Below the pieces are notes generated by a model. That model did no database searches and was not told where the DNA came from. It was given only the letters and a program-made list of their open reading frames with translations. Both the position numbers and the translations under genes were made by a program. This document shows, in pieces, positions 57,833 through 64,000 of a stretch of DNA of 64,000 nucleotides; positions within the stretch are counted from its first letter, which is position 1; every line of letters begins with the position of its first letter. Source of the stretch: a bacterium (GTDB lineage: Bacteria; Verrucomicrobiota; Lentisphaeria; Victivallales; GWF2-38-69); the NCBI GenBank assembly GCA_021781705.1, contig JAJXWI010000001.1, forward strand, positions 4,904-68,903, read 5' to 3'.

Positions 57833-58648
57833 ATGAATATTTCTTTCTCAAAAATGCATGGTGCCGGAAATGATTTTATAATGTTAACCGGAACAGAGCT
57901 AGTTTCTTCTCACACCCTCAAAAAAGAAAAAATAGCCGAACTGTGTCACAGAAAAAGAGGAATAGGCGCAAATGGATTGATCATTGTCTCAATACCGGAA
58001 CAAAAGACCGGATACGACGCTCAAATGACATACTACAATAGTGATGGCTCCAGAGGGGAAATGTGCGGGAACGGATTGAGATGCGCAGCATGGTACGCTC
58101 GGCACAGATTAAATCAACCGAAAGAACTAAGCATAAAAACAGATGCAGGATTACTTTTTACAGAAATAATAGACGCCTCCTCGGTAAAGATAGAAATTCC
58201 ATACATTGTCGAATTTACAAAAGTCTCTGTTGACAATAGAGAAATGTATTTCGGAAATACCGGAGTCCCGCATGTTGTAGTTTTTGTAGATGACATAAAG
58301 GAAATAGACATAAATAAAGAAGGGCGTTTCCTTAGGTATCACGAAAAATTCAGCCCTGCAGGAGCCAATGTAAATTTTGTTTCTATCAACAAAAAAACAA
58401 AAGATAAAAGTAGTTTTTTTATACGCACTTACGAGCGGGGGGTAGAAGAAGAAACCTCTGCCTGTGGCACCGGCATATCTGCTTCTGCTATTTGCGCACG
58501 GCTTTATAAAGACGCAAGATCTCCAGTCGGATTCATAACAATAGACAACGATCTGCTTAAGGTAGAAATCCCTTCAGATAAACCGTTGAAAAAGATATAC
58601 CTCACAGGTCCGGTATGCGAAGTTTTTACCGGAAATTGTCATTTGTAA
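57833..58648 (+). CDS. dapF: diaminopimelate epimerase
   Basis: Trimmed to the ATG at 57833. It has FSKMHGAGNDF, YYNSDGSRGEMCGNGLRC and a second catalytic Cys in ETSACGTG. Confidence 0.9.
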   Translation: MNISFSKMHGAGNDFIMLTGTELVSSHTLKKEKIAELCHRKRGIGANGLIIVSIPEQKTGYDAQMTYYNSDGSRGEMCGNGLRCAAWYARHRLNQPKELSIKTDAGLLFTEIIDASSVKIEIPYIVEFTKVSVDNREMYFGNTGVPHVVVFVDDIKEIDINKEGRFLRYHEKFSPAGANVNFVSINKKTKDKSSFFIRTYERGVEEETSACGTGISASAICARLYKDARSPVGFITIDNDLLKVEIPSDKPLKKIYLTGPVCEVFTGNCHL

Positions 58649-58893
58649 TAATTAATTTTGCCCCCCTGTAGACCTTTCACTCGTAATGAGTTCACATCCT
58701 AAGAAATTTTATAGTTTTTTCTTTAGTAAAATAGATATTTCTTAACATAATTCCAACCTGAATATTATGGTGTTTTTTAGTTCCCAATATTTCAAAGCTA
58801 ATGTGAGACTTTTCTGATTTTATGAAAACTCTTTATAGCAGCAGCTGAATTCTAGTACTATAATGAAGTCATAAACATGAAGAAGGGAAATGC

Positions 58894-59505
58894 ATGAAAT
58901 GCAAAGCCACAATTATGGTAATAGACGATACCTTAGTATCGCTGACACTGCTAAATGATATACTTACAAAAGAAGGATACCAAGTTCATACTGCAGGCAG
59001 TGGCGAACTTGCTCTGGAAGCAATAACATCCAATAATCTTCCGAACCTGATTTTGCTTGATATAGTAATGCCTGGAATCGACGGACTTGAAGTTTGCAGA
59101 AGACTTAAGAAACGCGAGGATACGAAGAATATTCCGATTATCCTTATCAGCGCTTTTTCAGATGTGAAAGAATGGGTGGAAGGCTTGCGCATGGGAGCTT
59201 CTGACTACATAACCAAGCCTTTTCACTTTGAAGAACTCATGACACGAGTCAAAACTCAATTGGCCTTGTGGCAAGCGAACCAGTCGATTGACCAGCAAGC
59301 TGCAGAGCTGGAGAATACCAATAAAAAGCTGGAAATCGAGATTGAAAAGCTCAGGAAGACAGAGGAGCAGCTTGCACAAAAAATAGTAGACCTAGAACGG
59401 TTGCAGCATTTCTTTAACTACAGAGAACAAAGAATAATTTCACTTAAAGACGAAATAAAAGAGCTTAAGACGAGGCTGTTGATCAATAAAGAGAGAAAAA
59501 ATTAA
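58894..59505 (+). CDS. response regulator: receiver domain plus C-terminal coiled coil
   Basis: REC signatures IMVIDD, the phospho-acceptor context LILLDIVMPGIDG, and ISAFSD..DYITKPF. The C-terminal ~75 aa are heptad-rich (ELENTNKKLEIEIEKLRKTEEQL). Confidence 0.85.
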   Translation: MKCKATIMVIDDTLVSLTLLNDILTKEGYQVHTAGSGELALEAITSNNLPNLILLDIVMPGIDGLEVCRRLKKREDTKNIPIILISAFSDVKEWVEGLRMGASDYITKPFHFEELMTRVKTQLALWQANQSIDQQAAELENTNKKLEIEIEKLRKTEEQLAQKIVDLERLQHFFNYREQRIISLKDEIKELKTRLLINKERKN

Positions 59506-59567
59506 AAAATATTGATATAGAAATATTCTTTACATATAGAGCGTTAAACAAACTAAGGAGGTAGAAG

Positions 59568-59984
59568 ATGATTAAAGGAAAACAAGAGGTAATGTGGCAA
59601 ACGGCAACTCCAATTACCATGCTGTGGGATAGGATCATGATGCTACCAATTATCGGGAATCTTGATTCTAAACGCGGTCAGGACATCATGGAAGCGGCCC
59701 TGACAAAAATACTGGACACACAATCTAAAATTATGATAATGGACATACTGGGAGTTCCCATTGTAGACAGCGCTGTTGCGAATCACCTAATTAAAATAAC
59801 TAAAGCAACACAACTTATGGGTTGCAAATGCATTATTACCGGACTGTCTCCGGCGATAGCGCAGACTATGGTTCATTTAGGCGTAGATTTGGGCGGGATA
59901 ACTACAAGAATGACTCTGCGCGATGGAGTGGAAGAGGCATTCTCTATTTTAGGACTTGAAATAATTCCCTTCAAGAAGAAGTGA
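59568..59984 (+). CDS. STAS-domain protein, RsbR-like but lacking an N-terminal sensor domain
   Basis: 138 aa. LPIIGNLDSKRGQDIMEAAL...MDILGVPIVDSAVANHL...GCKCIITGLSPAIAQTMVHLGVDL is an RsbR/RsbS-type STAS domain. Confidence 0.75.
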   Translation: MIKGKQEVMWQTATPITMLWDRIMMLPIIGNLDSKRGQDIMEAALTKILDTQSKIMIMDILGVPIVDSAVANHLIKITKATQLMGCKCIITGLSPAIAQTMVHLGVDLGGITTRMTLRDGVEEAFSILGLEIIPFKKK

Positions 59985-59991
59985 GGATAGT

Positions 59992-60030
59992 GGGTGGTTG
60001 ATAGTTCGTAGTTCGTGGTTGGTGGTGGGG
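59992..60030 (+). repeat. heptad repeat copy (..AGTTCGT AGTTCGT GGTTGGT GGTGGGG)
   Basis: Read directly. Bases 60001-60025 are the inverted partner of 60545-60569 (24/25 match). Confidence 0.8.
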
Positions 60031-60070
60031 AAAATCACAAATCACAAATAAGCCCTATGTCGGAGGAAAT

Positions 60071-60571
60071 GTGCTTTTACATAAAACAACTATGTACATT
60101 ACACGGGAGTGTCTGGTTGTGCCTATTCAGGCAGAACTTCCGGATGATGCATTACTTCAGATACAGATAGATATTCTGGAAAAGGTTAACGCAAGCAGTG
60201 TCAGGGGCGTAGTTATTGATTTTTCCGGAGTTAATATTCTGGATTCTTTTCTCGGCCGAATGGTTTCTGATACTACAAAAATGACACAACTGCTGGGTGC
60301 TGAAACTGTAGTTACCGGCCTTAATCCTGGCATAGTAGCATCATTTATCGACTTAGGAGTAGATTTAAATGCCAGAATAGCTTTTAACCTCGATCAAGGG
60401 ATTAATTTGTTAACACCGGAAGAAGATTTTGTACCTGATATTGAGGAAGAAGGAGACGAAGAAGAAAATTCCTGTGATAGTGAAGATTATAACGAGGAAG
60501 AGTCGCTAAAAGACGACTATGAAGAATCAACCACAAACTACGAACCACCAACCACGAACTATGAACTATGA
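60071..60571 (+). CDS. STAS-domain protein, RsbS-like, with acidic C-terminal tail
   Basis: VVPIQAELPDDALLQIQIDILEKV...VIDFSGVNILDSFLGRMV...VVTGLNPGIVASFIDLGVDL, with the DSF phospho-Ser context as in RsbS. The tail is DIEEEGDEEENSCDSEDYNEEE...TTNYEPPTTNYEL. GTG start. Confidence 0.75.
   Translation: MLLHKTTMYITRECLVVPIQAELPDDALLQIQIDILEKVNASSVRGVVIDFSGVNILDSFLGRMVSDTTKMTQLLGAETVVTGLNPGIVASFIDLGVDLNARIAFNLDQGINLLTPEEDFVPDIEEEGDEEENSCDSEDYNEEESLKDDYEESTTNYEPPTTNYEL
60529..60569 (-). repeat. heptad repeat copy (reverse orientation) inside the 3' end of the RsbS-like gene
   Basis: The reverse complement reads AGTTCAT AGTTCGT GGTTGGT GGTTCGT AGTTTGT GGTTG. It encodes the STTNYEPPTTNYEL tail and overlaps the rsbT-like start. 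Confidence 0.8.
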
Positions 60572-60969
60572 GGCATAAAGAAAAACGGGTTAGCATTAAA
60601 AACGAAATTGATATAGTAGAGGCTGTTTTTGAATCAAAAACACTAGCCGAGACAGCAGGTTTTTCACTAACAGCACAGTGCGCGGTTTCCACGGCAGTTT
60701 CTGAACTTGCCAGAAATATATTCAAGTATGCCGTAAAGGGTGTAATTATACTTAGGATCATAGAGAAAGACGGGAATATAGGTATGGAGGTAGTTGCTGA
60801 GGACAACGGACCGGGGATAGAAAATTTAAATCTGGTTATGAAAGGTAATTATAGTACTGGAGGCAGTTTGGGGCTGGGCATTTCCGGAGTAAAAAGGTTG
60901 ATGGATGAGTTTTCTATAGATACAAAAAAAAGACAGGGATTAAGAATTATTACAAGAAAATGGGCATAA
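60568..60969 (+). CDS. RsbT-like serine kinase (HATPase_c_2 anti-sigma-regulatory-factor type)
   Basis: 133 aa with ELARNIFKYA (N box-like), EDNGPGI (G1) and GGSLGLGISGVKRLMDEF (G2). It has a 4-nt ATGA overlap with the preceding gene. Confidence 0.8.
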   Translation: MRHKEKRVSIKNEIDIVEAVFESKTLAETAGFSLTAQCAVSTAVSELARNIFKYAVKGVIILRIIEKDGNIGMEVVAEDNGPGIENLNLVMKGNYSTGGSLGLGISGVKRLMDEFSIDTKKRQGLRIITRKWA

Positions 60970-61023
60970 CAAGATAGGTATTCACTAAACTATGCGTCAA
61001 TGCTGAGAATACTGGTATGCGCT

Positions 61024-61115
61024 ATGGAGGGCTCTGCTTTTACCATGCATTTTAGCAAGGTCGTCGGGGCCGAAAAGAAAGGCGGAAGAGACTAAGCTCG
61101 TCCCTCCACACGATG
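61024..61115. repeat. REP-like element (GGAGGG..TTTTACCATGCATTTTAGCAAGG module)
   Basis: ATGGAGGGCTCTGCTTTTACCATGCATTTTAGCAAGGTCGTCGGGGCC...GCTCGTCCCTCCACACG. It shares modules with 38120-38160. Confidence 0.75.
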
Positions 61116-61187
61116 CATCGACCTATGTTCTTGCATTATATACCTTGGCACATGGTTTATTGAACTCGTACGAAATAGGCGTTAATT

Positions 61188-61796
61188 ATGAGAAAAGTGT
61201 CTGACAGAATAGAATTTTCTATTGTTAAAAGGCCGCTTATTAAGGGACTGTTGGATTTTGAATGCGGAGATGATGCTATTGTAAAAAAGTTTGGGGCAAA
61301 GGTTTTTTTGGCTGTCATTGACGCTCTAGGACACGGCGGAGACGCGCACGCAATATCAATTATCTGTAAGAATTTTATTGAAAAAAGGCATAATAAAAAA
61401 CTGTCGCAAACCGTTACAGCGCTTCACGAAAACATAAAGTCCCTGAATAAAGGCGCCGTAGCATGTCTTGCGGTGCTTGACCTAGACACGGGCGAACTAG
61501 AATACGTTAGTGTTGGCAATATTTGTCTAAAGATATTTGGCTCTGTTAATCGTAAAATAGAATATAAACCAGGAATTATCGGGTACAACATCCCTACTCC
61601 GCAGGTAGAATTTATAAAAATGAGCATGGGCGATGTGCTCGTTATGCATACTGACGGAGTAAAAGAGCATTTTGACATAACCGATTTTCCGGATATCATG
61701 AAGAACAGCGCGGAAAAGATTGCTAAAAAGATTATCCGTAAATTCGGAAAAGAGCAAGATGATGCCTGCTGCCTTGTATTGAGGTATATAAAATGA
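61188..61796 (+). CDS. PP2C/SpoIIE-family serine phosphatase, RsbX-like (stand-alone catalytic domain)
   Basis: 202 aa with GDDAIV, VIDALGHGGDAH, LEYVSVGNI and GDVLVMHTDGV. Confidence 0.8.
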   Translation: MRKVSDRIEFSIVKRPLIKGLLDFECGDDAIVKKFGAKVFLAVIDALGHGGDAHAISIICKNFIEKRHNKKLSQTVTALHENIKSLNKGAVACLAVLDLDTGELEYVSVGNICLKIFGSVNRKIEYKPGIIGYNIPTPQVEFIKMSMGDVLVMHTDGVKEHFDITDFPDIMKNSAEKIAKKIIRKFGKEQDDACCLVLRYIK

Positions 61797-62977
61797 TTGA
61801 TCTGGGACTTTTGATGATAAATGATGAAACTTCACTCGTCGAATCAAGAAACAAGATACTTGACCTGGCAGGTGATCTGCGGTTCGATTCTATATACTCG
61901 ACTCGTCTGGCTGCAGTAGCGTCTGAACTGATACGCAGCATGCTGGAGACAGGCAAACCATCAAGCATTAAAATAGGATTGGGTCTGAAAAATAACGCAT
62001 TCGGGTTAACGTTGCAGTTCCGGGCAGAAAAAATTAAATCAGAGATTGATTCTAAGGTTCTTGAAGAAATGTTTGACAATATTGTCGTATCCAAGACAGA
62101 AGATAAGCTAGAATGTATAGACGTGTTTAAAATGCTTCCTAATGAGAAATTCGATTTAAACGAAGAGTTTATTGCCCGGGAAAAAGAACTAATCGGCAGA
62201 ATGACCCGCGATGAACTTTACAAACAACTCCAGAACTCTTATATAGATCTTACAGCCAGTACCGCACAACTTATCCAAACGGAAAAATTGGGCTCACTAG
62301 GAACAATGACTGCGGGCGTGGCTCACGAACTTAACAACCCGATGATGGGCATTTTGAATTATATCCAGTACTGCATGAAGAAAACAGATAAATCTGATAA
62401 ACGATATTTAGTGCTGCAGGATGCAGAACGTGAAACACTGCGCTGCATTACTATCGTAGAAAACCTTCTCACATTTTCGCGGATGGAAAAAGAGGGAGAA
62501 GAAGGTTTTCGACAAGCTGACTGCGCAGAAATAATGCAGCGTGTAATTTTGCTATTGTCGTACCGTTATCAAAAAGAGGGAGTCAATATTACTACAAATT
62601 ATACAAAAAATACGCCTCATATCTTTGTGAAAACAAACAATATCCAGCAGGTTTTTTTGAATTTTATAAACAACTCGCTGGATTCCATGGAAGAGAGCAA
62701 AAAGAAGAATATTAATATTGACATACAACCTGCAGGCGAATATGTCCAAATAGCCATTACTGATACCGGCTGCGGTATTCCGAAAGGACTTGTTAAGAAA
62801 ATCTATGAACCGTTTTATACAACAAAGCCTCCAGGGAAAGGCACAGGACTTGGACTTTCCATCTGTCAGAGTATTATAGCGGACCACAAAGGCAGTATAA
62901 CCTGTGAAAGTAAACTCGGGCAAGGAACGAAATTTATAATTTCCCTGCCGGTAACCTTAGCAAAACAAGGGATGTAG
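61793..62977 (+). CDS. cytoplasmic sensor histidine kinase with uncharacterised ~150-aa N-terminal domain
   Basis: H box AGVAHELNNPMMGI, N box FLNFINNSLDSM, G1 DTGCGIP, G2 GKGTGLGLSICQSI. No TM segment. It has a 4-nt overlap with the phosphatase gene. Confidence 0.85.
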   Translation: MIDLGLLMINDETSLVESRNKILDLAGDLRFDSIYSTRLAAVASELIRSMLETGKPSSIKIGLGLKNNAFGLTLQFRAEKIKSEIDSKVLEEMFDNIVVSKTEDKLECIDVFKMLPNEKFDLNEEFIAREKELIGRMTRDELYKQLQNSYIDLTASTAQLIQTEKLGSLGTMTAGVAHELNNPMMGILNYIQYCMKKTDKSDKRYLVLQDAERETLRCITIVENLLTFSRMEKEGEEGFRQADCAEIMQRVILLLSYRYQKEGVNITTNYTKNTPHIFVKTNNIQQVFLNFINNSLDSMEESKKKNINIDIQPAGEYVQIAITDTGCGIPKGLVKKIYEPFYTTKPPGKGTGLGLSICQSIIADHKGSITCESKLGQGTKFIISLPVTLAKQGM

Positions 62978-62980
62978 AAT

Positions 62981-63364
62981 ATGGCAAAAAACATTCTTAT
63001 TATTGATGATGATGATGCTGTGCGCAAAGCATTTACGCTGGCGTTTAAAGATACGCAATACAATGTGGATACCGCGGAATCCGGCAGGATTGGTTTGCAG
63101 ATGGAAAAGAGAAAAAAATATGATCTTATTTTTCTTGACCTGAAAATGCCGGAAATAAACGGCATCGAAGTTCTTTATGAAATACGAAAAACCGACAAAA
63201 ATATCCCGATATATATCATTACAGCTTTTCACAAAGAGTTTTTTAGCGAATTAAGGGAGGCAGAAATGGATGGAATAAGGTTCCAGATTATTAAAAAACC
63301 TATCTGCAAAGACAGGATCGTACTTTTAGCAAGTAGCATTCTTGAAAAGCCATATGAATATTAA
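62981..63364 (+). CDS. single-domain CheY-like response regulator (paralog 1)
   Basis: ILIIDDDD, DLIFLDLKMPEINGIEV, IYIITAF and KKP. 127 aa. Confidence 0.85.
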   Translation: MAKNILIIDDDDAVRKAFTLAFKDTQYNVDTAESGRIGLQMEKRKKYDLIFLDLKMPEINGIEVLYEIRKTDKNIPIYIITAFHKEFFSELREAEMDGIRFQIIKKPICKDRIVLLASSILEKPYEY

Positions 63365-63437
63365 AAACAGAATTTACTCGGGGGGTCACTCGATGAACGA
63401 ATATAAATATTCAGTAGAGCCTCTTGTAAGGTTGATA

Positions 63438-63503
63438 AAGGTAGGGCGACCTCGCCGAGGGCGCCGAATTGAAACGGGCGGCTACGGCGAGCCATCCCTA
63501 CCC
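63438..63503. repeat. REP-like element (GGTAGGG ... CCCTACC long imperfect hairpin)
   Basis: GGTAGGGCGACCTCGCCGAGGGCGCCG...CGGCGAGCCATCCCTACCC. The outer GGTAGGG/CCCTACC and inner CTCGCCG/CGGCGAG are complementary. Confidence 0.8.
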
Positions 63504-63571
63504 AATTTTGCAAGAATCTCAGTAGACTATGTGCCAATTTTCTGATTTAAAATTAAACACTGGAGAAGAAT

Positions 63572-63955
63572 ATGGTAAAACGTATTTTGGTGGTAGACGA
63601 CGATGCCGCAATAAGAAATTCGTTTAATTTGGCGCTTGAGGATACAGGTTATAAAGTAGAGGCGGCATCATCCGGTGCTCAAGCGCTAAAAATGGCTAAA
63701 AAGACAAAATACGATCTTGTTTATCTGGACATAAGGATGCCGGAAATGAATGGTATAGAAGTACTTCGAAAACTCAGAATGCAGGGAGTAACCGCTCCGA
63801 TTTATTTTGTGACAGCTTTTCACAAACAGTTTATGGAAGAACTGGATACTATAAGGCATGAAGGGTTAAGGTTTGAAATTCTTCAAAAACCCATCGGCAA
63901 TGAACAGATAGTGAATATTACGAAAAGTATTCTTGATCAACCAAAAGCGTATTAA
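63572..63955 (+). CDS. single-domain CheY-like response regulator (paralog 2)
   Basis: ILVVDDDA, DLVYLDIRMPEMNGIEV, IYFVTAF and QKP. 127 aa, gap-free and colinear with paralog 1. Confidence 0.85.
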   Translation: MVKRILVVDDDAAIRNSFNLALEDTGYKVEAASSGAQALKMAKKTKYDLVYLDIRMPEMNGIEVLRKLRMQGVTAPIYFVTAFHKQFMEELDTIRHEGLRFEILQKPIGNEQIVNITKSILDQPKAY

Positions 63956-63967
63956 GGAAGGAAAATT

Positions 63968-64000
63968 ATGAATCCACAATATATACTCAGACTTTATGTA
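63968..64000 (+). CDS. 5' end of a gene, possibly KaiB-like (only 11 codons visible)
   Basis: An AAGGAAGG SD precedes ATG. MNPQYILRLYV resembles the KaiB N-terminal beta-strand (..YILKLYVAG..). This is far too short for a firm call. Confidence 0.3.
   Translation, partial: MNPQYILRLYV

Overview
This is a chromosomal window from a low-GC bacterium. I did not compute GC content, and I cannot assign a taxon from sequence alone. Lipoproteins and PilT suggest a diderm. The iron-sulfur flavoprotein, HypF, LarB, AMMECR1 and a CyuA-like desulfidase suggest an anaerobe. I support about 60 protein genes, two tRNAs (His-GTG, Leu-CAG) and one TPP riboswitch. I saw no rRNA, CRISPR array, integrase or phage genes. 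Most genes are housekeeping: rnhC, rsmB, rnc, recJ, an EF-G paralog, yebC, ruvC, yraN, rmuC, pgl, dapF, glpT and DUF47-PiT. The unusual parts are as follows. (1) A tRNA-His-proximal defence cluster holds a secreted PLD/Nuc nuclease and a type I R-M operon. That operon is interrupted by a RAYT (REP-associated tyrosine transposase) cassette between hsdM and hsdS, and by a RelBE-type toxin-antitoxin pair between hsdS and hsdR. (2) GC-rich modular REP-like hairpin repeats occur at 10 or more intergenic sites. Two ~220-nt inverted copies bracket a 9.4-kb segment. (3) A second, heptad-based repeat ([A/G]GTT[C/G/T][G/A]T)n sits exactly on gene junctions. (4) An orphan Nif11-leader RiPP precursor ends its leader in a GG cleavage motif. 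(5) A TPP riboswitch precedes a PnuC-family transporter and a P-loop kinase. (6) My best candidate for an undescribed system is a four-gene operon: a DUF2760-like membrane protein, two atypical Hsp70-fold ATPases and a GH64-like lipoprotein. (7) A stressosome-like RsbR/S/T/X module is wired to a histidine kinase, two paralogous CheY-like regulators and a possible KaiB-like gene at the window edge. All family assignments come from motifs read by eye and from memory. No searches were run.
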